Position numbers and translations under genes: made by a program. A DNA stretch of 64,000 nt. Origin: Azolla caroliniana (lineage: Eukaryota > Plantae > Polypodiophyta). The notes under the pieces were generated by a model, which saw nothing but the letters and a program-made list of their open reading frames with translations, was not told the DNA's origin and did no database searches. Below, piece after piece: positions 34,392-46,400 of the stretch. The DNA lies in assembly GCA_043228905.1 (NCBI GenBank), contig JBHGNT010000011.1, positions 3,596,001-3,660,000 on the forward strand, written 5' to 3'. How positions within the stretch are numbered: the stretch's first letter is position 1; every line of letters starts with the position of its first letter.

Positions 34392-37300
34392 TGTCGAATA
34401 CAAATGTATAATGGACGTATTCACACTATCCTCTTAGAGAGCCCAAGTTCGGGCTATTTCTGTAAATAACATAAAGGGAAGTTGCCCTAAGTGATTCACT
34501 ATATAAAGTGACTTTGTAACCTTTTGTAAGGTTTGGTTGTTCATTGTTGTAGTTGTTGCCCTTTTATGAATATAGATATATTCTTTGTGCCTCTCGCTCT
34601 CTCTCTCTCTCTCTCTGTGTCTTTGTTCTTGCCTTTCTCATACGCAGGTATTTCTTCCTCACAGTTTCATACTGTGTGATCTCTTCCGCACTGACGGCCT
34701 TGTTCATCCCCTACATTTGGTATCAGAGCTTGGATATCCTTCATCCCGCTGTCGTCCGCCATTCGAATCTTTGGATCACAACATTCTGTTTTTTTTTCTG
34801 TTTTGTATTTGAAGAAACAGAGAAGAGAGAAGAAGAAGAAAAACAAGGCTTGCATCTCATCGCGTTAGATCATCTTCGCTTGGAGTAAGCCAACCGGCTG
34901 TACTCTGTTCCTCGTGATCGTAACCGCTCGAGGTGAAATCCCCTTGTGCAACATTGACACGATCGTGTTCCACTCGGTTAAATGGCATCTAAACAGGTCA
35001 CCGAACGTTGCTCGCCGCCCATTGTAACCACTCGGTGCAGATCGGTCTCAAGACAACAACCCCAATTCGTGCTTCATCTGGCTGATCGACATTCGGGAGG
35101 ATCAATTGGATCCGTCTCTCTCGTCGCTGCAGTCACCCGAAGCAGAATCGGTCCAAACAATCAGTTTCAATAATTGGTATTTGGCATATATATCCCGAAG
35201 CGAACCGGGCTCACTCCGACTCGGCAACATTCGGGGAGACCAGTCGGTTATGTCCCTCAAGTTACCGGAGTCAATTCGAGCAAGTTCAACAATACATATA
35301 TCCAAAACCGAACCGACTCGAGTTCAAATCCGACTAGAACGATATCGGGTGAGCCGACCGGCTGCACTCCAACAAAGTTCGTAGTCAACTCCGAACCGAG
35401 CTTCGTCAACCGAAACCGAATCTGATGGCATCAACATCCAGCTCATCGGAAATGAGTCTAAGGAGGTTCGTCGGTTCGAACTTCAATTTTTGGAAGGAGC
35501 AAATGCAGGACTATCTTATAGTCTAGGGTCAGATCGATCCGATTGAGAATGAAACTGCTCCAGAAATATACAAGGCAAATGAGTGGCAGAAGCTGGACAG
35601 AATCGTCCGTGCCACGATTCGGATGCACCTATCGGAGTCAGTGTACTTCACAATGCAATCGTGCACGACAGCCTTCGAACTTTGGAAGAAGCTATCGAAA
35701 ACCTACGAAAAGAAGGTCGCTTCAACGAAGATGTATTTGATCCGACGCCTCTACAACTTGCGGATGAAAGACTCTAATTCAGTTCAGGCACACCTTAACG
35801 AGTACGAAAGTTTGAGCTCCCAAATCTCGTCACACGGGACGACAATCGAGGATGAACTCAGAGCAATGATACTCATGAGCAGTCTCCCCTCCTCTTGGGA
35901 AACCTTCGTTACAACTGTGTGCAACGCTTCTACGATTACCATCAAGTACTCCGAAGTCACAAGTGCAATCCTGACTGAAGCAGCTCGGAGAAAGTCTTTC
36001 ACCAAAGACTCGGCAGAAGAAGCCTATGTAGTACAAGGTTCAACCGACCGATCGAACAACCGGGGAAGAAGCTCTTCCTGACCGCCGACAAATCAACGAA
36101 GCCGCAGCAAGTCCCGGGAAACCCGAATCTGCAACTACTGCAAGAAACCGGGACACATCAAGGCCGACTGTCGGGTACTCAAGTCAAGGACAGACAAAGC
36201 TCAGAGAGCTGATCAGGGGAGTAACCGGCATGAGGAAGTCAACTACGTCGGCTCTTTAGCCGAGATATTGACGACCGACCCGAACATATTGTCCATAGAG
36301 AATCTAGTCGAATCAGAAGTTCTGCTTACGATTGAGGAATCGAGCACATGGCTTCTGGACTCGGGCACGTCGTATCACGTGACACCTCACCGATCACAGT
36401 TTCGGCAATATTCGGACCGGCACTCCGACTCAGTTCGGGTCGGAAATTCGCAGCATTGTGCTATCATCGGAATCGGCACCGTAGAGCTCAACCTTCCGGG
36501 TGGCTCTACACTCGTACTACACAACGTCTGACACGTTCCTGAGCTCTCACGACCCTTGATCTCAGTCAGACAACTTGATGAAGCCGGCATCCGTGCTGGT
36601 TTCTCATCAGGAGGGTGGACACTCCACAGAGGGAACCTCCTGCTTGCTAGAGGACCAAAGGTACACTCATTGTACCCTTTGTATGTCACACTCAGAGAGG
36701 GTGACTTATTTCTGGTAGATATCCCTGTGTCATCCTTATGGCATGGACGACTTGGACACCTCAGCAAGGCCGGCATCACGCACCTATCCAGAGCCGGATA
36801 CATCCCGAAACTCTCCTTCTCGGACCATCAGTTTTGTGAGCATTGCCAGTACATCAAACAGGTAGCCGCATCACACCCTACATCAGCACCAAGAGAGTCG
36901 AGCCCGCAAGATTTGGTCCACTCGGACGTCTGTGGCCCGATGCCACATCAGTCACTCGGTGGTGCCTCGTACTTCGTCAGTTTCATTGACGACTCGACTC
37001 GGAAGGTGTGGGCTTACCCCATCAGAACCAAAGATCGGGTGTTCTTGATCTTCTCAGATTGGCTCGCAATGGTCGAAAACCAGACCGGTCGAAAACTGAA
37101 GTGTCTCCGAACCGACAATGGAGGTGAGTTCAAATCTGATGAATTTGTCAAATTTTGCCGAGAACGCGGCATTAGTCGTGAATATACGGCACCATATAGT
37201 CCGGAGCAGAACGGAATTGCAGAACGCATGAATCGGTCGATTCAAGAACGCGTTGTATCCATGCTCCAACACTCCAGACTGTCGGATGGCTTCTGGGCAG

Positions 37301-39825
37301 AGGCTCTACTCATGGCAGTACACATAATCAATATGTCGCCAAGTAGACCTCTAGGACTTAAGATACCTCAGGAAATATGGACCGGCAGAAAGCCGAATTA
37401 TGATAAGCTGAGGATTTTCGGTTGCAAGGCATACGCCCTCATACCGAAAGACGACCGCCGAAAACTCGAACCGAGATCAAGGAAATGCGTTTTCCTCGGG
37501 TATGGACCCGACGGCAAGATCGGATACCGACTCTGGGACCCCGAGCACAGGCAAATCGTCCAAAGTTCGGACGTCGTGTTCAACGAGTTGACTATGCACA
37601 AAACGGCCGAAAGGCCTATTGAAGTCCGAAGGGTAATATTTTCCGAAGTGCCAACCCTTCATGACGGCCCAACACACAACGTGAGATCGGTTTCACGGGT
37701 AACCGACTTCTCTCGCACCGAATCCATAGATTCGGTGCAGCCGAATGGCTCGGCTTCCGACCATCCGACATCGACACCCGGTGCGACCAGTCCAGTCATA
37801 CCTCGAAGATCCGAAAGACTGTCACAACCTCCGGAGAGGTACTCCCCCGGAATTTTCTTCACCGACGCCGGCGAACCGACATCCTACGAAGAAGCATCGG
37901 CAGCTGCCGATTCAGCCACCTAGCATCTGGCAATGAAGTCGGAAATGCACTCCATCCGCGCCAACAAGACTTGGGATCTGGTCGACTTACCGAAGAATCG
38001 ACGTGCTCTTCCTTCCAAGTGGGTCTATGGCGACTCGACCACCCCAAAGTACAAGGCCAGATTAGTTGCGAAGGGATTTCGACAGGAATATGGCGTCGAC
38101 TTTGACGAAATCTTTTCACTAGTGGTGAAAATGACAACCCTTCGTTTCATGCTCGGTGTTGTGGCTGCCGATAATTTGGAGCTGATTCAGCTAGATGTGA
38201 AAACGGCATTCCTCCACGGTGATCTAAAGGAGTAAATCTACATGGAGCAGCCGAAAGGCTTTGTGGCCACCAGTCAAGAACATCTAGTCTGCCGACTCAA
38301 GAAGAGTCTTTACGGCCTGAAACAGGCAACCCGACAATGGTACAAGAAGTTCGACGATTTCATCCAATCGGTTCTCCAAAAGCGATGAGGACCACTGCCT
38401 CTTCACCAAAACCGCTCAAGACGGTTCTCCCGTCTTCCTCATCATCTATGTGGACGACATGCTACTCTCCGGTCGGCATACCGGAGAGCTCACCGAACTC
38501 GTTCGGAAACTGCGATTGAAGTTTGCCATGAAGGACCTCGGTCCGGCAAGACACATACTCGGAATGAAGATTAGTCGGAATCGCGCCAAAAGACAGCTTT
38601 TTCTGTCTCAAACCGACTACATCGGACGTGCCTTGGAATGCTTCAACATGCAATCGGCCAAGTCTGCTTCGACCCCCCTCCCCATTCATCTTCGGCTTTC
38701 TTAGCGAGACTGTCCGACATCCGGTCCAGAGGGGGAAGATATGAAGTCGGTACCGTATGCACCGGCAGTAGGCTCTCTAATCTACGCGATGGTCGCGACA
38801 CGGCCTGATATCTCTCACGCCGTAGGAGTCATCAGCAGATTTATGCACAATCCCGGCCAATCGCACTGGAACGCAGTCAAGCATGTGTTCAGATATTTAG
38901 TTGGCACAAAAGACCATGGCATCCTTTTCGGTCCGAACTCAACTTCAGGCGTAGTCGGTTACACCAACTCGGACTTCGCCGGCTGTGTGGACAGTCGCAA
39001 GTCAACAACCAGATATTGCTTCAAATTCGGCAATGGAGCAATCTCGTGGAAGTTGAAACTTCAGGAGTGCACAGCCATCTCAACGACCGAAGCAAAATAT
39101 GTAGCTGCCTGCGACGCAGCGAAAGAAGCTTTATGGCTTGGTCGGCTGGCGCACACGTTTCGGCAAGTCGACTCCGACTCGGCTCCAGTTGTCTACAGCG
39201 ACAGTCAGAGTGTCGTTGCTTTGTCGAAAAATCCAGTTCATCACAACGCCTCCAAGCATATCGAAGTTTGATATCACTTTGTTCGGGACTGCGTCCTTTC
39301 CGGGAAAATCGGTTTAGAGAAGATATCCACAACCGATAATGTCGCAGATGGAATGACCAAGTGTCTTTCGGCAGACCGATTCCGGTCTCTTCGGCAACAG
39401 ATGGGCGTAACAATATATCGGTCCAGTTGAAGCCGGACATAGTGCAGGACGGTTTCGGACAATAGACATCGGTTCATTGACGATCGGCTTCAGCTTTTCC
39501 GACCCGACCAGTTCGTTCTTCTGTCTACGGATCATGCTGATTCGAACAAAACCGACCTATCCGAGAACCTATGCCTATACCCGTATTTTTTTAGATAACC
39601 CATGTATACGCCCATTACGGGGGAGTATCGAATACAAATGTATAATGGACGTATTCACACTATCCTCTTAGAGAGCCCAAGTTCGGGCTATTTCTGTAAA
39701 TAACATAAAGGGCAGTTGCCCTAAGTGAGTCACTATATAAAGTGACTTTGTAACCTTTTGTAAGGTTTGGTTGTTCATTGTTGTAGTTGTTGCCCTTTTA
39801 TGAATATAGATATATTCTTTGTGCT

Positions 39826-39868
<43 letters not shown>

Positions 39869-39967
39869 GCGTCTTTGTTCTTGCCTTTCTCATACGCAGG
39901 TATTTCTTCCTCACAGTTTCATACTGTGTGATCTCTTCCGCACTGACGGCCTTGTTCATCCCCTACA
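34392..39967 (+). mobile_element. Ty1/copia element J (D-related), full length, youngest-looking element
   Basis: Perfect TSD CAACC; LTRs 34392-34715 and 39626-39967 differ by about 5-6 substitutions plus CT-repeat length; PBS tggtatcagagc 34718-34729; PPT gggggag. Confidence 0.97.
35425..39430 (+). pseudogene. copia J gag-pol polyprotein with several stops and a frameshift
   Basis: MASTSSSS start; CNYCKKPGH; WLLDSG; 455-aa integrase stretch 36556-37923; RT; RNase H. Confidence 0.93.
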
Positions 39968-40730
39968 CAACCTTTGCATAATCTTCGCGTTCCAAGCTCT
40001 CGGGGCTTGCTTAAGTCTGTATAATGCCTTCTTCAATCGGCAGACTGTCGAACTGTTCTATTCGGATAGAAATCCGGGGGGTTGTACCATGTACACCTGT
40101 TCCTCAAGATTGCCTTGCAGGAACGCATTTTTTACATCCATCTGATGTAGGTGCCACCACTTCACTGTTGTTATAGCTAGTAGAATGTGCACCGTGGTCA
40201 TCTTCGCGACCGATGCGAACGTCTCGTCGTAGTCTACGTCGTGCTTCTGCATGTAGCCTTTCACCACTAAACGGGCCTTATATCGATTGACGGAGCCGTC
40301 GGTGTTGTATTTTACCTTATACACCCATCTACATTCGATTGGCTTTACACCCTTCGGTGCGTCAACCAGGTCCCAAGTCTCATTGTTCGTTAAAGTGCAC
40401 ATCTCTTCCTCCATTGCGGCACGCCAATTCACGTCTTCCGCCGCTTCTGCGTAACTCTCTGGCACACACACTTCCGCCACGCGTGTAATGTATGCATAAT
40501 GATGCGCCATGTACTCATTATACCTGTATCTTTGTACGGGGTTCTTTAGGCAGGTAGATTGGTGTAATTCATGATTACCTGATTTCACGACCTTTTCGGT
40601 CAATTTCGACCTTTTCCACTGTCGTAGTGTGAATCACACACTACGTGAAATATGTAAAATACTATATCCTATTTAAAGTATGTATAATAAATAAATAAAA
40701 TAAAATATTAAAAAATATTTATTACATGCA

Positions 40731-40797
40731 TAGGGCAAGATTCAAACCTTGTACCTCCACGTAGACAAACCCCAACCTTACCATTGTACTAACTTAT
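40731..40797 (-). ncRNA. decayed tRNA-like Pol III module inside the K LTR
   Basis: Minus strand tagtacaatggta (A box) ... ggtttgaatct (B box with C>T changes). Confidence 0.5.
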
Positions 40798-41356
40798 CCT
40801 TAGTGTTCTAAATATAGATTTAATACCTATAAGACCTTTATTTATGCCTACCTTTATTAAAAAGGTAAGTCATGCATTTTTAGAGTACGTGAATACTTTA
40901 TTTATAAGAAAAATGTAAACCAATAAAATATTACTCATGCACATCTAGCGTGCATGAGCACTATATTTAGCAAATAAAAGCAAGGTTGAAAAAAAAGCAT
41001 CACATGCACATTCAATGTGCATGAACACTTTTAGGGAAAGCAGGAAGCCATGCTTAGCCTCTCCCATCCTTATATAAGGAGGAGAGAAATATGTATAAGG
41101 TTGTTGATTATTTTACAAGGGTTGATTAATATAATATATTCGTGGGATTCACGAATTTGCTAACTATTTTCCTCTCTTAATTTGAGTACTCACTAATACA
41201 CTATACTCGTGGGATTCACGAGTTTTCATATCTTTCTTTCTTACAATATATTTCATATTCTTAATTGCCTTAGAATTTTCTTTTCTTCTAGTCCAAAACC
41301 TCAGTGGTTCCCGCCCGACTCACGCAACGATTTGGAGCCGAAAGGCACGACACATT

Positions 41357-41373
41357 TGGTGAACCCCACGTGA
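41357..41373 (+). promoter_or_regulatory. primer-binding site complementary to the tRNA-Trp 3' end
   Basis: TGGTGAACCCCACGTGA versus the recalled complement of plant tRNA-Trp TGGTGAACCCGACGTGA (one mismatch); 4 nt after the LTR end. Confidence 0.75.
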
Positions 41374-43418
41374 AACATGGGTGGCAAGGAGATGGAAAAT
41401 CAATCGTAGGCTAACAACATGATGATGATGTTCAAGTGGATACTTCAAGAACAACGTGCGATGTCGGAGATAGCGGCGATAATAGAGCGGCTCGTGCAAC
41501 GGATCGGGCAATTCAACGAAAAGGACGTATCACGATATCCTCGGAACTACAAGGCGGAAATGCTACGATGCGGGATTTCAGTAGGACTGCAAGTGACATC
41601 CTTCAACCGGATGGCTACCGACGGGCTTCAAGCAAGTATCCACGGGCTACGACAACAAAATCCGATGTGGGAAGCGTTTGAAGAGGCGCTAAAGTCCACG
41701 TTCGCTATCGAGGACTCCTCCAAGGCAACATGGAGAGGATTCGAGGATTGCGTGGAAACGCTGGACAAGGGGATGAAGGTCCTCGACGAGTTTTCGACAT
41801 TCGAAAGTCGGTTCGGGAGGTTGTCTGCGAGAGATCAAGCTATCCTCGCACCGGACAAAGTTATCATGTCCTTACGAGCCATAGACGCCCGAGACCAGAA
41901 GGATCTTGGAGTGCTTCTAGAGGACACGACTACCGAGAGTGGCCTCACCGAAACATGGGAAAGCGTGCGGGATATCGTCGCGCGATACACAAAGAGGGGG
42001 CAATGGCTTGCCAACGAAGAAAAGAGGGTTTTGGAACCGATTCCGAAACCGAGATCCGGATCGGAAGACCATCAACCGCGGGCTCGAGAAGCTATGACCG
42101 AGAAGGGAATTGACGCAACTATGGTGGAGCAGTTGCTGAAGGAGATGAAGAATCTAAAAATCACGATGGTGAAGAAGTCAGATGACTGTCCCACAAGTTC
42201 CAAGTATATGGACCATCGGTGCATATGGTGCGATAGCACCGAACATGATCGGAGGGATTGCGACGAGCACAAGGAAGTGCTACGACGGGATCTTATTTAC
42301 TATGAGGGAAATCGGATTCATTCGATGGACTCTCGGAAGCCGCTTTGACCGAACTTCCGAAAAGGCAGCATGAAGAAGGTCCTAAAGGAGGAAGTAGCGG
42401 CGAAGAGCAATTACGCGACAACCGCGGGAATACGTGTCGGGGAGTCATCGAGAGTAAAGGTGTCTTTTTGGCTGGAGGTGCTAGAAAACACTGAGAAAAC
42501 CGACTCCAATGAGCTCCGAAGCACCGTAGAACGCATCCGGTAAGCTATGGGATGGGAGTGCCCCGTCGATAAGAATCACGTACTATGTCAATTACATGAG
42601 GTGTATGTAGACAAGAAGCGACGACGCACGGAGGATGCGCCCGGACCATCAAAGACACCGGAGAGCTGGAACTCCGACGGAAGAGGGAAAGGAAAAACGA
42701 TTCTGACATTCAAACTCGCTTCGAACATCGAGCAACGGACGGACATAAAGAAAGTTTTCGAGGAGAGAATCCTCGACAGCCGGGTAGATTTTTCGCTTCG
42801 GGAACTACTTGGAATATCAAAAAGGAGTTCCATGATATTCTTGTGGATATCGTGAAAAGAAAAAGACAAACTACGGAGGAAAATGCGTTGATGGTGAATG
42901 CAAATACAGTTTTGATGAACGACATCGAAGTGGAGGACAAGATTCCAAATTCCCATTATACAAAGCCACACTGGGTGCATGCAACTACCGAAACTTCGGT
43001 CCGAATCGGCAACATCAAAGAGCCCGTGCTAGCATTGATTGATCATGGATCGGAGATCAATTTGATGTCTAAGGAGTTCTACCGGAAGGGGAAGTGGCCT
43101 ATTAACACCAATCATGGATGGAAGATCCGGGCGGCCACTAAAGCAACGGAAGATCTATTTGCGGCTTGTCCAGATGTGACGGTGAAGATCGGGGATGTCA
43201 AGATCGACCAAAATTTCTTCGTACAAGATGAGGTCTCACACTCTGTGATCCTCGGGCAACTCTTTATCACGGCTTCACGGATGGAGATGAAGGTGCTCGA
43301 TAGCGGTGCGGCTTTTGCACGAATTCGGAGCCAAAATGGAAGGTTTAGGGTTCCAATTCCTAATGGTGCAGACAAATCATGAAAGGAACAAGAGAGAGCT
43401 CTTGTCCCAAACAAGAAT

Positions 43419-43482
43419 GGATTTTTAGAGCGGACTGTTGCGGAGTGGGGAAGTGATAGTCCGAGAAGCCCTGATACCCCAC
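43419..43482 (+). promoter_or_regulatory. candidate -1 ribosomal frameshift signal (G GAT TTT TAG plus pseudoknot)
   Basis: Heptamer 43419-43425; stem 1 43431-43439 / 43455-43463; stem 2 43445-43450 / 43477-43482; the -1 frame is open into RT. Confidence 0.65.
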
Positions 43483-46400
43483 ATAGGAAGAAAACTCTCG
43501 GAGCAAAACAAGTACGAATTGGTCCGGATGGGGCATCCACGTACACGGCCGTAACCGGAGGAATGAAGAAAGAATACCAAAAAGTGGAGGATAAGTTACG
43601 GTCGGCATCAATAATAAAAGAAGACGAAGAAATCGTGGGAATAGTCAAAGAAGTGTTCTATGGGAATACGCTACAACGGCTTGAACAGCTTGCGGAAGAT
43701 ACAAGCCAGGGAAACCGAGTAATTCTGGTGGAATCGGTCGAGATGTACAAGATCATTGCGAAAATGGGGCCGGATGTGCTCCGCAAAGAAGAAGCAATGG
43801 TAAGTACGAAATACAAGACCGTGGAGAAGAAGGTGAAACCGGCCACGGGACCACTACCCGCCGATAGCGAACAAAAGAGGAAAGAAGTCTCGGGAGATCC
43901 GACACTTCGGAAGTCCGTGGATATTGGACATGTCTTCACAGATAAGACACAGAAGAAACTTCGGATCACTGGAGGTGGTTTCCTCTTACAAAAAGAAGAA
44001 GAACGGTTTCGTGAGATGTTGGAGCAACATGGCAAAGCATTCGCATTCACATCAAGGGAGATAGGATGCATTGATCCGAAGATAGTGGAGCCGATGGTGA
44101 TCTTCACGATTGACCATGTGTTGTGGAACCTGAAGCCAATTCCGGTGCCACGGGCGCATATTCCGAAAGTCATCGACTTTCTCAAGGAGAAGGTGACGAT
44201 GGGGATTCTAGAGCCATCAAACGCTCCATACTCAAATCGATGGTTTACGGTTCCGAAGAAGAATGGATCACTCCGATTTATCCAAGACTTGCAACCGATG
44301 AAGAAGGTCATGATCCAGAACTCAGGAGTCGGTCCGATAGTGGAAGAATTTGCGGAAGCTTTTGCCAGACGCGCGATATACTCCATCGGAGACCTATACT
44401 CCGGGTATGACCAATTCCAACTAACCGTGGAGAGCCGAGACATCACCACCAAGCGGACACCGATAGGGTTAGTCCGAATGTGTACACTACCACAAGGAGC
44501 GACAAACTCGGTTGCACATATGATGAATGCGATGAACAAGGTGCTTCAAGATTGCATCACGGAGATAATGATGCCGTTCCTAGATGACATTCCAATGAAA
44601 GGATGCGCGGTAGAAGAAAAAGATGAAACTATGGATGATCGAGGATGCCGAAAGTTTGTAGTCGACCATATTCACAATTGCAAGAAAGTGCTTCGAAAGT
44701 TAGAAGAAGTGCACCTAACACTTTCCGGGGAGAAATCGGCATTCGGGCAAGAAGAGATATTGGTAGTCGGACATCTATGTGGGCCCTACGACCGAAGACC
44801 ATCACCGACCAAGATCGATGCGATTCAAGCTATGGAAGAAATATGCGTGTCACAATCCGAAGTCTGAAGGTTTCTCGGAGCATGTGCATTCTACCACATA
44901 TGGATTCCGCACTATGCACATATTGCGGACCCACTCTCTCACTTGTTGCGGAAGGGTAAGAAGTTCAAATGGAAACTAGAGCATACCAAAGCTGTGAAGA
45001 AGCTCAAGAAATCACTACGGAGGGCAAAAGCACTAAAGAAGCCTAACTATGACCGACCCAAGTCCAACCGGAATTGAATGGGTCATCAATCAAGCCGATC
45101 CGGATGGTTCGCGATATCCGATCCGATTCGGAGCAAAGGTTCTCAACGAAAGGCAACGCGGGTATGCACAAGTCAAAAGAGAATTATGGGGAGTCGTGTC
45201 GGCAATCAAATCGGATTGAGATTATTTGATCGGAGCCGAAGTAGTGATCAAAACGGATTGTCTTCCGATACTCGTGATGATGCGGTGTTGCACGATACCG
45301 GATGTGGCTATGCTAAGATGGATTGCATATGTTAAGTCGCTTAACCCAGACGTACAACACATCTCCGGAAAAGACAACGTGGTAGTGGATATGCTATCAA
45401 GGGCTCAGTTTGGAGACGAAATAGACAAATACGATAATGAAGAAGTTTCCGAAGGCTACTTTGCTTCGGAGCACATATGCCGAGTAAACGTAATCCGAGA
45501 ATTCCGAGAAGAAGAATACGAGGGAGAAAGCTTGACGATCGGGAAGATGCTACAAGAGATCGAGGTGTCAACGAACAATAAAGAAAAGAGAGCCGAGATC
45601 CGAAGTAAGAAGCGACAAGTCCGAAAGTTCTTCTTGAAAAATGGATTAATATGGAGGGAGCCGAAAAGACCGGATGGCATACCACTTTGGGTAGTTGGGA
45701 CGAAAGAGCAACAAAACCGGATAATATCTGACTTTCATGAATCTGATTGGGCTGGACATCGAGGAACATGGGCAACTTCTATGAAAATCAAACATAAATA
45801 TTGGTGGAAGAATATGTACAAAGATGTAGCGGAGTTCACAGGAAGCTGTGAGAAGTGTCCAGTCTACTCGGGGCTCAACACCAAGATGAATTACATCCGA
45901 CATTTTCACCGACAATCAACTTCAAGTGGATGGTCGACATTGTAGCCATGCCAACCGGGATCGGACAAAAGAAGTACTTGGTGTTAGCTCGGGAAGATCT
46001 CACAAACCAAGTAGAAGGTCAAGCACTACGAAGGAAAACGTGTTTTGCGGTATGCCAATTTCTTTTGGAGGAGGTGTTTTGCAGGTACGGGTGCGTAGGA
46101 CAAGTGATTGCGGATCAGGGAGAACTTGACTCTGACAAAGCTAGGGGATTCTTCGCCAAACATGGAGTTCGGTTAACACTGACAACGGCATACAATCCAG
46201 AAGCCAATGGGAAGATCAAACGAGTACATAGTCTGATCGTCAAAGCACTTGCAAAGGCATGCGATGGAAGGGTGAAGGATTGGTCGTAGATGCTTCCGTA
46301 TGCACTATGGGTGGATTGGACGACGCATAGCTCTGTAACCGGTTACATGCCGGCAGAACTCATGACTGGACAAGCACCGGTAATGCCAACGGAAACCGCG

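Noticed and set aside
43112-44539. Long antisense ORFs (178 and 293 aa) over K pol, and similar ones over copia RT
   Set aside because: Mirror frames of the sense pol ORF with no independent motifs.
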